Shown piece after piece: positions 36,919 through 50,048 of a DNA stretch of 64,000 nucleotides. The position numbers were made by a program, and so were the translations under genes. The stretch comes from Octopus sinensis. Lineage: Eukaryota. The stretch lies in the NCBI RefSeq assembly GCF_006345805.1, contig NC_043001.1, positions 7,130,001 through 7,194,000 on the forward strand. The letters are read 5' to 3'. The notes beneath the pieces were generated by a model. It saw only the letters and a program-made list of their open reading frames with translations. It was not told the DNA's origin and ran no database searches. Positions within the stretch are counted from its first letter, which is position 1. Every line of letters begins with the position of its first letter.

Positions 36919-39576
36919 CACACGCATGCACATACACACACATGATAAAGATGCATATTCCCATTTCGTTGCAAATAAAGTTTCGAAAATTTACGATTCT
37001 GGCAGAACGAGGAAGTTACCAAATGTGCCTCATAGAAATACAGTATAGAACATTTATCCTGAAGATTTATAGACTGTTCTATGAATTATCCATTTGAGAA
37101 TTACTACAAGGAATTTAGCGTGGCAACAATTTCATTTCCGTATGCCTTACGTTGGAAACTCTAATCCTAATTTTTGCAAACAGCACTTCAGTTAAAAATA
37201 GTATGAATTACCATATAAACCAAACAAAATTTTTTTTCTAATTCAGTATATTTGTTCGTTTTCCACTCAAACCCTCATAGAAAATGGAACTGCATCTACA
37301 TCCCAGCAAAATGAGAGTGGACAGACTGATCTTTTTCATGATTTGTCTTACAGCTGTATTCTTCCAAAACATGAATGTAATATTCGACAAAGATCACATG
37401 TAAACAATGCTCACCTGTTCAAAGAGAACTTAATGATTTCGTACATGTTCTTCAGTATAGTGTGTATCTCAAATTGTCAACACTTGACAACGTTTTCTGG
37501 AACTTACAGACAGAATCCGGATAGGAAATTATGCAGTCAAACTAGCTGGAAGATTGTCTGAATTCTGAAAAAAACATGCTTTTCACTCATATTCTGAGTT
37601 CTGACTCCGCAAACTGTTGCGTCAAAAACTACGCCAATTATGGTGGCTATGCAATATTATATAAAGGAGTCTATCATCATCTGTTCCATGTTCTTTCTCT
37701 TTTCTCGACTGACTTCCTCACACCTCTATTTTCGCGAGCAGAGATTCATTATTCTGTTTCAAACTTCATCATAGTCATTATCCGTTAAGTTGCTCCGAAC
37801 TAATCAGGCCTGGAATAACTAAAAGATCCCTCAGACCAGCGATTCACGATGACGTTAAAAAGCATGGATTTACCTCTCTTGGTGACGTGCTGCTGCTCAA
37901 TCCTTATCTACAACCTATATACACAATATACCATACTGAGAGATACTCTACGCTATGCTATACGACATTGACACAATGTATACTCTCTCAGTTTTACCAT
38001 TTCAACATCGTCTGTTAACTAAGCATGCATTTGCATCACATTTATGCATTGTATATCAGATTATGAATGTAACGATATCGTTTTTGAAATACAATATATT
38101 CAATACCTCTAAAAATTAAAATGTTGCAGAGGTATTATTAACATTTTTTTAGAATGTGACGTTGATAATTAGTGCTGCATTTCGTCGCAGGTTTATTTCT
38201 GCAACGAGATATCAAAATTATCTATTTTATTTCACATATAAAATTTTCAAAATATCGAGCTTGATAATTAAATAAAAATTATAAGATATTCATTATCTGT
38301 ATTTCAAAAGACAATGTTTCAATCGAATGAGGTTAACCCGATTTAGAATATTTAATCCTAGATAAATAGAATTATAATATTCAAAGTAATAAATCTTTAC
38401 TAATTTGACTGAATAACTATGCCTGATCAATACGTTCAATTCCATCGTATTATCTGGAAAAAATGCGTAGCTTTGTTTCTATTTAATTCCATGCAAACAT
38501 TTGCATTAGATGAACTATCAGTTATATTTAAATATAGATTCAAAGAATAGCTTGGAAGCTAAATTCCAGAAAATTATTTCTCTCGTTTAAAATTGAATTG
38601 AACTCATAAATACGTAAATTGCATGGTAGACCAGACTTCTGTGACGGAAATTACATGTTTTATTCTAGCTTTGCACCGCAGAGTTGTTGTTATATTAATG
38701 AACTCAATTCACTACAAATAACACAAAAATGTGATCGAACGTCATATCTAAGAATTTTAGTATTTTTTACATTTTCCATATAACTACAAGCTCCGTGTTA
38801 GGATCATAATTCCAGTTATTACTTGAATTATATACAAGCAGGGATTACAGTGCAATTTTTTTTCATTATTATCTCTGACATATCGCTAATAAACAATAAA
38901 ACATAGATTAACTTATTGGGTATCTATAAGTATTAACGAAGAACCTTAATATTAATGCAATTATTGTTAAGAAGGGAAAATTAAAGTGACACGAGACATA
39001 ATTACAAGCATCGTATTAATACAAGGGAGAGAGAGAGAGTGGCGCATCAGTGTATGCAATTTTATCAAGTATTTGGCGAAATTTATGTGTAACATATCTA
39101 TAATAATAAAATTGCATTTAAATTTTAAGCGGTACTACTAACGCGAGTCTTTGAGATATTAAAAATGCACATGTAAAGATATCAAAGCATTTCTAGTTTA
39201 ATTACCACATATGAAAAAAGGGAGTTCTGAGGGATATGTATATAACATTTTATGCTTCAATAAGCTCTCTAAGCATATTAATACCCTACGTGTGAAATCT
39301 ATACATCATATAATACGATTATTACAAATAAATACAAATCATTCTGCATTTAAACATAGACAGCTACTAAAGTGTTGGCTTTCAAAGCGATATGAACCAA
39401 ATAAAAAAAATAATAATCGCATAATTCTTCTGTAGTAGAATATATTCGGAGGTCAAAAAGATACCATTAAAATTACTCTCAAAGTAACAATGCTGAGCTA
39501 GAAACGGAGATAGTCTCAATCAATCAACCTTTAATACCTCGTGAAACACAAATATAAACATATGTATTTATAAATG

Positions 39577-39617
<41 letters not shown>

Positions 39618-40080
39618 CATAGCAAGTGTCCTGATCTGGGGCCGTGTGCTGAAACAAAAACAACTGCAGCGTGGAAGTTGTTTATTAGCCATTTAAAACC
39701 ACAGAAAAACCGTTAGATTCACTTCAAAATTTTAATTTAATTTGCAAAAGTATTTTCCTCGCTTTGAGACCGCGAGCTGTTCAATGAGATATCAGTCAAA
39801 ACTTGATTCTAGAACCACAGCAAATATTCATACAGCACCAGGAGAGAATTTGTACTCCGAACTTAAAGACAAACGAAATGCCGTTAGTTAATTTGCCCCC
39901 GTGCTAACGATTCTACCATCGCACAGCCTGAAACTATTCAAATGATGAAATGGATTACAAGCCAGTATAAGTATTAAGGTTTATTCCTTATAAAGAAAAC
40001 TATTAGTTGCAGTTTCCTCTGAGGTTTATATTTCCATGGTAACCATTTGATATGATCGGTATTTTAAATAACGGTCATAT

Positions 40081-40165
<85 letters not shown>

Positions 40166-41283
40166 TGATATTCAATATTTCATCTATTCAATAAGACAAT
40201 CAATACCTTCATTTCATTTTACTATATATATATATAATATTTATACTATATATTCTATATTCTACATTAATATTTTAAAGAATATAAATAAACCATAAAA
40301 AACAGAGTTAGAATTCCTTTGAATAATATATATATATATATCCCAACTAACCAGGCGTATATGATAAATTCTACCATCCCTGAAATAGAAGTCACAAGAA
40401 TGTTCCAAGGTAAAATATATGAAGTGAAAAGTTGCATCACTTTAGGCAAAGGCAAATTAAAAGACGTTTTGGAAACAACCGCACTTCTTTCTGGCAAATT
40501 GTCAAAATTAGTGCCCCTAAGTTAGCTATTCATGTATAAGGTTTGAAATCCAACTGTACTCTACATATTTTCTGGTGGAAATTAGAGGAGAAATCTATGC
40601 CTTATATAAAAAGGATGTAAGATATTCCACTTATTCGTAGCTGAAAGTTTGCGCTTGTTTTTTTACTAAAAGCGATTGCTTATACAATCATTCTACAACA
40701 TTGCTGATATTTAGATAAGAAATTTTCAACAAATACAAGCATATGGACAAAGTTATTTTGTTGAAAGTCACTACGCCACTCTCTCTAGATTGAGCAAATC
40801 TTTAGCAGTCTTTGTACCCTCCCCATTGTATTATTCTAGACTAGTTATGTTATTTATTATTTCTTCAATCAAAGGCGACTTAATTCTAATTTTCTTTCGT
40901 TTACTGCAACTATTGTCTTTTCATCACACTTTTTGCAACTGACTTCTCTTGTTTTCGCCTAGTTTCTCATATACGAGCGTCCTGATTTCAAAGAGAACAA
41001 AACTTGTGCCTAAAGACTGAAGATCCTTTAGAGACACAAGGCACGTTATAAAAACCTAATTAATTATGTTTCAATAGCAAGCAACTATTAGCAGCTCTTA
41101 TTTTAATATGATGTAGCTTAATATTACTCTGGTCTACAAGGTTTTTAGTGTTTAGGAAATATACGTCATTCCTAAACATAGTCGGTCTCCAGAATCCAAA
41201 TTTAACCCTCTTTCTGACCAGATCTATTTTTTAAGTAATTGAACATCCCTTTGTCACTAATTATGCGAGTACGTCTCGTACGT

Positions 41284-42344
41284 AGTGTTGGTTACCTTAT
41301 ACTAATTCTAAGTTTTTTCTATTTCCATTCTTTTTAGATGTTGTGGTGAACTAAGCAATTGAAAATGAACAAGATCTTCTCTTCAAGAAAGTGTTGCGTT
41401 TCTTCTCTAAGCTGGAAGACCAAGATAAAAATTGGGCACTGCATAGTGACTGCATATAATGTACAGAACATTTGCGACAATGGACTAAAGGGAGAAGGAA
41501 AAGTATGATGTTTGCTATACCAATGATATGGCGGGTGCGCTATTATCACGTGGTCGATAGCTATTTTAGTAATTCAAATTTGAAGGGTACTAACCGGAAA
41601 AATGACAAACGCATGTCTATCCTAATCTTGCAAAATTTCCTTGAGAAACAAAAGTGAAAACTATAAAGACTTTTTTACCAATTTGATTCTAACTTTTCGT
41701 GATATTGGCGCGAATATGAGCATCAAAACGCATTATCATTTTAGTCATCTTGATTGTCTTCCTGAAAATCTCGAACGATTCCATCAGGATATCAAGGAGA
41801 TGGAAACTCCGTACCAAGGACATTGGGACGCTGTAATGATGGCAGACTATTGCTGGTGTTTAAAGCGAGATACTCTTGTTGCTCAATATTCATGGTGAAC
41901 AAAGAATCGCAAATTTATTCCTTGAACTTTTTGACAAAAATCTTAGCTAAATCTGTGCATTTTCAGTTTTCATTTGTACTCGTTTGGTTTTGTGTTCCGC
42001 TTACTTTAATTATTCATACTATATGCCTTTTGTATGAATAAAATAATTACTCCATCTCGTTTAGTTAGAAAACTAGAGCTGATAGATTTAGTTTTGAATT
42101 TAGCAGGTAAAAATCACTTAAGAATTCGTTGAAATATTCAAGGCGCCAGAGAAAAAGCAACATGTTTTGCCCATTGTTATATGCCTCTTGTATGAATATA
42201 ATACTCTATCATGTCTAGTAAGAAAACTAGACCAGATAGAGAAAAAAAATGAAGTTACTTTTGAATTTATCAGGAAAAATCACTTAGGAATTCATTGAAA
42301 TATTCCAGGCATCAGATGAATTTTTTTGTTGTTGTTGCCCAGTG
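41284..42344 (+). mobile_element. Internally deleted Chapaev3-like (CMC) DNA transposon with duplicated right end
   Basis: N-terminal RQWTKGRRKSMMFAIPMIWR..H..D.YF joined to C-terminal GANMSIK.H..SHLD..PENLERFHQDIKEME..YQG.W...MMADYCW.LKRD. End ...TTGCCCAGTG (revcomp CACTGGGCAA). Left boundary approximate; family assignment from remembered motifs. Confidence 0.78.
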
Positions 42345-43532
42345 TTAATTTTCACTCGGTATGTAGGACAATGCTTTCGTTTAGTGTTTTAGGTGGATAA
42401 TTCAATTGGAAAAATTCTAACATTTTCATACTTTAAGACATATCCGGAGACGGAATGTTATTGGATTTTAGTGGATCTCTAAACCATTGATAATTGGAGT
42501 AACCTGTCAGGTCTTTGCCTTCGTCAAGGAAACAAAGCACGACTTTGCCCAAACAAACCAGACCGCAAATCTATAATGATAAAATGCTCCATAAACATTA
42601 GTCAATGCTCCCGTAAACACACAAAATATAACGCACATATTGAAAGATATACACACCACGATAAAACTGCGTGTATATATGCGTGTTGATTTGTGCGATT
42701 CATGTGTTTGTACGGGTGTTTTATATTTGCCTTCTTATACTTTCTAGCCATACAATTGTTTATTAAATCTGCATATATTTCCTCAATTTACATTAATTAA
42801 GAAAAACAAAAATGATATTGCCTCTTATTATCATTTCTATAATAAGTATAAAAAATCCTATTTTCACATACTAATTAGGCGAGGTTACATCAAGCGCACA
42901 AACAAATATTACTATATATCATTGTAATATGTTTTTATTTTATTTAGATTTTTATAACGTTATTGCTCTTGTATCAAATATCGGTTTCCCACAATTCCTA
43001 TCGGAACATGTTTAATGTTTACAACCAATGTTCTGTATTAAGACCAATATCAAAACAAATGTATAGAAAATTGAAACTATTTTTTTTTCCATCTAAAGAT
43101 CATTCAATATTTTTAAAATATTTTTTTTTACGAAATGTTCCTCAACCATATTATTTTGAAAAGTGCAACAAAATACGAAGAAAGTAAAATATGTAAAAAT
43201 TAAGAAAAAATAGTAACGAGTGAACTACATATTGAAAAGAGAGACGTTTTGTTGGTAGACTCATGTTGATGTTTTTTTCAAAGTTCTTTCGTTTGGTACA
43301 AAGAAACTGAACCATTTCTGCTTCTAATTAACTGCATTGCAAAATATAACGGAAATATGTTGCATGTAATAAATATTCGTTCTATCTGTCTGTCTGTCTG
43401 TCTATCTATATATCTATCTATCTATCTATCTATCTATCTGCTCTCTAGCTAGCAATGTTCAATTATCTATTTAATCTCTAATTTATCTATCTATCTATCA
43501 TATACATACATATATATATCTATATATATATA

Positions 43533-44044
43533 TCTATATATATAAAACTCTAGTTGTGTGAGTGTCTGTCCCCTTCGATTTAGATTCCTAACTCCTCCCA
43601 CATTTTGCGGTGCAGTTTAAACAAATTCGGGTATCTTATAGTCGTGATTCATATCGAGCCCGTCAGGCTATTAGCGCGCGTCTACGATGAGTCTACGATT
43701 TTAAAAATAATTTAACATCATTTTTTATTCCATTTTAATGCATAATCTTTCGTGTGTCGATGGCGGCGGAGTTGGCGTCCACGCTCACAGCTGCACCTGT
43801 TTGCTTTTCCCCCTTCTTCCCTCCCTCGTGAAGCTGTGGGGAAAGGAGTGTAAAGAAATCAACGTCGTAATGCGTTGTCAAGGAGACCAGCGTTCTTTTA
43901 GAACAACGACTTCATGGCTTGAAGACACCAAAACAGAAATGGCTAAGAAAGCCCGAATTGGCATCTATAAGGGAAGTAACTCTCTAAAAATGCTTATATA
44001 GTTATTTCCCTTACAACCCGAGCAACGTCGGGCGAGACTGCTAG
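43533..44044 (+). mobile_element. Non-autonomous Helitron (same family as 10543)
   Basis: TC start, hairpin cccgagcaacgtcggg, CTAG|T end, ~400 bp colinear with the 10543 copy. Confidence 0.85.
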
Positions 44045-44053
44045 TATATATAT

Positions 44054-44142
<89 letters not shown>

Positions 44143-44149
44143 ACATACA

Positions 44150-44530
44150 CTCTTTTACTTTTTACTTGTTTCAGTAATTTAACTGTGGCCATGGTGGAGC
44201 ACCGCCATTATTCGAGCAGACCGACCTCAGGACTTATTATTTGTAAGCCTAGTTCTTATTCAATCGGCTCTTTTGCCGAACCGCTAGATTATGGGGACGT
44301 ATAAACATCACCATCTGTTGTCAAGCGATGTTGGCGGGCCAAACACAAATACACACACATATATCTTCATATATACGACGGGCTTCTTTCAGTTTCCGTC
44401 TAACAAATCCACTCCCAAGGCTTTGGTCGGCTCGAGGCTATAGTAGGAGACACTTGCCCAATGTGTCACACAGTGGGACTGAAACCCGAAATCATGTGGT
44501 TGGTAAGCAAGCTACTTACTACATAGCCTA
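44150..44530 (-). mobile_element. SINE family A, near full length
   Basis: Revcomp colinear with 33557. Confidence 0.85.
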
Positions 44531-44610
44531 CGTATATATATATATATATACAAATATGTATATATTTTTTTGTGTATATATATATATATACAAATATGTA
44601 TATATTTTTT

Positions 44611-44652
<42 letters not shown>

Positions 44653-44793
44653 TGCATACATATATATATAATAGGTATATCGTATATCTCTAAGCACACA
44701 CACACAAACACATATACATACAGTTATATATACATGTATATATACAAATATATATATATTTGTATATATGTATGTATATATATTATATATATA

Positions 44794-44854
<61 letters not shown>

Positions 44855-45224
44855 CGAACACATGCACGCGCACACACACGCCCCGACACACAGACACAGA
44901 CACACACACGCACATATATATTGTATGAATACACACAAGATGGCTGTGGAAATTTTCTGGGAAGAGCAGGTGTTGTACGACATTACGTTGCATCAGTTAG
45001 GGACACATTCATAGATTATCTACATTCCTATATCTGTCCTTCTCATATGTGTCATCATTAATATGTACACAATACTTATAACCAGGAACCCAAGTATTTG
45101 AGATAACATCTCTTATGGATTTGCTGTGTTAGAAATATATTTAACAGATAAACGCAATATATACACGTGTGTATTTGTGTGTGTGTGTGTGTGGGCGTGT
45201 GTGCGTATATATATATATATATCT

Positions 45225-45390
45225 GTTGTCTAGCGATGTTGGGGGGACAAACACAAATACACACATATATATCTACATATATACGACAGGCTTCTTTCAG
45301 TGTCCGTCTAACAAAACCACTCACAATGCTTTGGTCGGCTCGAGGCTATAGTAGGAGATAGTTGCCCAAGGTGCTACACAGTGGGACTTC
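45225..45390 (-). mobile_element. SINE family A, internal fragment
   Basis: gcgatgttggggggacaaac..acgacaggcttctttcag..cgaggctatagtag. Confidence 0.75.
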
Positions 45391-45394
45391 TGGC

Positions 45395-45615
45395 CAGAAT
45401 CGCCATGTTGAATCGCTAGCTTCTGCACGCATTTTTCTTCTCTCCTTGCTTCTCTCCGTGTTTCTTTTCTGTGTATCTTTCTGTTGAAGAGCGTAGGCTC
45501 GAAACGTAAAAGACTTGTTTTATTTATATTACTGAGCGTCATACTAATACAATTGTTTGTTTGTATTCCACCTGCCTTCGTCTTTTGTTTATTTTCATAA
45601 AGCTTCCCGTTATAT
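45395..45615 (+). repeat. ~200 bp interspersed repeat carrying a hammerhead-like motif (family H, copy 1)
   Basis: Motif 45476-45513: TCTTT CTGTTGA A GAG cgtagg CTC GAAA C GT A AAAGA. Confidence 0.8.
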
Positions 45616-46083
45616 ATATATGTGTGTGCGTGTATATGTGTGTGTTTGTGTGTGTGAGTGCGTGTAATTATAAAGACGTCCACATAGTTATACGAAATTC
45701 TTTTGCATTAAATCATGACGTGTTTATATTAATGTATTTAATTTAGCATTCCAAACTTAATTTCATATATGTTGTATTATCTAATAGAATATTATTTCGT
45801 AAAACATTACCTAGAATATTTTAACAAATGAAGCATTCTTCACAATAATTTACATTTCACCAAGAAGCAAATTCCATTTCCAGTCAAATCTTTGCATCTA
45901 TTTATGTGTTTCACGTAAAACATTTGGCTAATCAGTTCATTTCTTCCAAAATCATGCTATATCATATAATAATATAACACGTTTGCAATGCATCGGACTT
46001 CAGCAACACCGGACCATTGCTTTATTATGCACACACACACAAATAAGTATGTACGTATGTATGCATGTATGCATGTATATATA

Positions 46084-46125
<42 letters not shown>

Positions 46126-46137
46126 TTATATACAAGC

Positions 46138-46273
46138 GCAGGCATGACTATGTGGTAAGAAGCATATTTCCGAACAACATTGTTTGGGGCTCAGCTCCCC
46201 ACTGCGTGGCACTCGGGCGCAGCATATCTTTGTGAGTGGATTTGATAGACGAAACTGAAGAAGCCCGTTGGAA

Positions 46274-46309
<36 letters not shown>

Positions 46310-46420
46310 CTGCCTGCCCCTTCATCATTACTTGTCAACCGATGTCGGTGTGTTTACGTCCCCGTAACGTAGCGGTTCGGCAAAAGAACCGATAGAATAA
46401 TTACTACCCTTACAAGGAAC
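46138..46420 (+). mobile_element. SINE family A, 3'-truncated
   Basis: Head gcaggcatgactatgtggtaag through ggttcggcaaaagaaccgatagaataa. Confidence 0.75.
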
Positions 46421-46436
46421 ATGTTGTTGATTCGAT

Positions 46437-46800
46437 TTGTTGTTGTTGTTGTTGTTTTTGTTATTATTATTATTATTATTATTATTGTAAAAGACCCACG
46501 GATAGTAATTAATTACTGTTTATTCTTTACCTGAAAGCAGACATCACGAATCACCAATGTTTTCAAGTATTGTCTTCTCCTGTGACTCAAAGTGACAATC
46601 CTTCCCTTAGAATGCGAGCTGTACCGAAAACTGCTGTCATCTGGATCACCTCCAGCTTGACAGCAGATCTAATACTCTTAATATAATTTTCAAATCCCTT
46701 GGAATCAGCTCCTAATGCTCTAATTAACACTTGTGTCAAGTTTACTTTTTTCATGCCCCATAGTACTTATGTTATCAAGGTCAGTACTTCGAGGTCCCTA
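46437..46800 (-). mobile_element. R4/Dong-like non-LTR retrotransposon 3' end (REL endonuclease C-terminus, 3' UTR, (AAT)n/(AAC)n)
   Basis: 46763->46587 reads LWGMKKVNLTQVLIRALGADSKGFENYIKSIRSAVKLEVIQMTAVFGTARILREGLSL*, followed by a trinucleotide tract at 46437-46486. Confidence 0.75.
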
Positions 46801-47439
46801 GTCAGTATTTCGTCCATCTCTCTTGGAATTCTCCTGTGAAGAGTTGTCGAGATTTTAAGCCAAAACTCTGAATATACCAAAAACATAACATACCTAAACG
46901 TTTTAAGCATCATACTCGTACATGGACTTTAACATTTTAGTCAACGACCCGATTAATTTGCCACCATTTTTTTAAGGTAATACTATGCGCTGTAATGTTA
47001 TTTGTAAAACAACCCGTTCTTTCTGAATACCTATCGCTGCAATCTATATATTGTTGCTCCGAAAAAATTCAAATACACAGTTTGCGCCTTTCTTGTGTTC
47101 ACGCCATACAAGAGAAAGCCCCAAAGAAAATATGAGAATCAAACGAGCTGTGTGAAAGGCACTAGATTTATGCAATGGACCACAATTCACAAACAAATTG
47201 TCGAATGTATTTCTAAATTTACATTGTTCTTACTAAGTATTTCAAGGAAGAAGTAAGTATTAATGCCTGGAGCAAGGAATCAATAACCTAGCTGATGTGA
47301 CTTTATATACTCTCAGTATTGGAAGGTCATTATGCCTCGTTGAGATTACTTGCCGGATCAAGGATCATATCTGATCGTATGTGTGTGCAAACACCTAAAT
47401 GTGTGCAGTTTGAACGGAGTTGCTCCGCTATTTATGTTC

Positions 47440-47473
<34 letters not shown>

Positions 47474-48463
47474 GTTTCTCTTTCAAACTTCGTTTACATG
47501 TTCTTTGACATAAAGATATATTTAAGGCCTTGGCGAGGAATGCGTTAATTTAAGTGCTGCTACTCGAATTTTCCCAATATAGTTCTTAGTTTAATCCTTT
47601 CGATAGATATTTGAAATGTGTAACGACGGATTTTCAAGATTTTTGCTTTATTGTCCAAGTTACTGACAACCATAAATACGGCTGTTTGTAACAAAACACA
47701 AGAAAGTGTTCCTTGAGGATCCGGTCTGTCGATAATTCACATCAAACGAAGGGCGCCAATCGACCATAATGTTGAAACGTGCGTAGGAATTTTAATATGA
47801 ATTAGAGTTTATCTGCTTCACACGTTCTTACACATACACACATATACATGTATGCATATGGATATGTATATAATAGTCATCAGATGAGATCCAGAGCTTT
47901 TCGGGATAGAAAGCAGATAGTAGCCCTCAAATGATTCGAACTTAAACTCCAAGATATATATACGTAGTATATATATGTGTGTGTGTGTGTGTGTTTGTGT
48001 GTGTGCGTGTGTGTGTTTGGTTGTGTGTATAACAACGCACATCACAACTAAAAATTTTTTAAAATTAAATATCTATTCAACGTAACTTTTTATAAATGAG
48101 AATGAAGTACAAGATTCTTACTTAATTCACACAGAAATTGTTTAATTGGATCCCGTTTATTTTTTAATGCAAACATTAAATTAATGTAATAAATCAATTG
48201 CATATAGAAAATCTAATTACATATTTGCATTTAAATTAATTTGATGGTAAAAGATAAATTAATACAAGATATTTGTAAAATTAAATACTATGGACATTTT
48301 TCAAAATAAGTATTATTTAATATATTAAATTTATTTGTATGCAACTACTTTCGTTACTGCTCGGCCTATTTTTGTCTCTATTTAAACATAGACGTTTAAG
48401 TTACAAACACAGAATCAAAAATTAAGAATGAAATTGCTATTATCTTCTCTAAGATGCATATAT

Positions 48464-48694
48464 ATTTCTTTATTGCCCACAAGGGGTTAAACATAGAGCA
48501 GACAAACAAAGACAGACAAAGGGATTAAGTCGATTACATCGACCCAGTATGTAACTGTTACTTTATTTATCGACCCCGAAAGGAAGAATGGCAAAGTCGA
48601 CCTCGGCGGAATTTGAACTCAGAACGTAGCGGCAGACGAAATACCGCTTAGTACTTCGCCCGGCGTGCTAACGTTTCTGCCAGCTGGCCGCCTT
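48464..48694 (-). mobile_element. SINE family B, with 16 bp TSD
   Basis: Revcomp of the 53369 copy; TSD tctaagatgcatatat at 48448-48463 and 48695-48710. Confidence 0.88.
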
Positions 48695-49989
48695 TCTAAG
48701 ATGCATATATTTAACATTTACATTGTTTTTATGATAATGATTTTATCGGCAATCGAGAAAGAAATATATTTATCCTACATTGAAAAGATTTTTAATCCCT
48801 CCACTTTACAAATCCGGCTAAAAATAATTTTGAAGGGAACGGACATCTTCTTGGAAGTGGAATAGAAACGGTAACGTTAAGAACTAGTGTACCGTTTGCC
48901 TACCAAATATTAAGGCTGAACCGACATGAACGAAGTTTAAAATTTATCATAATATAATATTATACTGTATGTTTTAGTGGATATCAAGGTAGACAACCAC
49001 GTATTAATAAAAAAATATAATAATCTCTCCATGATATATCTCTAAGCAATTATATCAATACAATGGATGGTGATATATATTTAATAAAAAAAATGGTGGA
49101 AATGAAAGTTGTTCTAAGATATGTCATGGCAATGTGAAATGTTTATCTTCTTTAATACATTTGAAAGAGAAAAAAACTAACATCTATTGTCAAGAGAACC
49201 GAGTGATCTGGCATTAATATTAAAGGTTACTAAGTTATCAGTAAAATATGAAACATGTCATGCTGGTTAACTGTGAATAAATTCAGATAATATATTGAAT
49301 ATAATGTAAAAGCCAAAAACGTATTAAAGTATGGATTAAGAATATAAAGAACATTTAGACATGTTTACGACAAGAGAAATATGTTATCTGTTTTAGGTTT
49401 TACATAACGTTGTTTTCATGCAGTGAATATCGTCTGACCATTGATGTTGCATGCTGAAGTTAGCGACACGTTAGAAAATTGATATTTCTAGAACAAAATA
49501 GAGGTTGTTTCACATAATACAGAAAACGATATTGATGATGAAGAAAATTATGTGTGATTATAATGTATAAGACCGTGATGCTGAATATAGATACAATGAG
49601 AATGATGTTTCTTAGTCCACAAATGGCAGCAATGACACCGAAATATTTCATTTTCTCGCCTGTGAAAGAATGCAGGGTGTATGTGGCTAAATAAGAAAAT
49701 GTGATGTGGGTTTTTTCAAGGAATGGAAGAACTAATCCAGAAACAGAATAAAAAAATAATATATAGTAATCAAAACTAATTTCTTTGTGCAATAAGAAAT
49801 TAATAAACAGATTTCTGTGGTTCTTGACAGCGTACAACTGTCATATTTGTGGAATTTGTCCGCAGATACAATGAAGCCCGATTTGATCTAGAGTGACTAT
49901 TACTGGAAATCGCATGACCTATTTTTTGTTGCACCAGTACACATGACTGACGAAAATTGGTATATTGATTTCATCCTTATTATATCAAT

Positions 49990-50048
<59 letters not shown>

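Noticed and set aside
37509-37565. Minus segment with strong acceptor and GTAAGT donor
   Set aside because: Stops in all three frames; cannot be a coding exon, and nothing supports a non-coding one.
40267-40525. Overlapping antisense ORFs with protein-like composition
   Set aside because: Both under 80 aa and partly within a TA tract; no recognisable motif; conflicting strands.
42515-42550. Minus TTGACGA A GG-caaaga-CC motif
   Set aside because: No GAAA follows stem II; too degenerate to call a hammerhead.
49460-49837. 125 aa hydrophobic minus ORF resembling membrane helices
   Set aside because: F/I/L/Y richness is expected from T-rich DNA; no family motif; GTG start without context.
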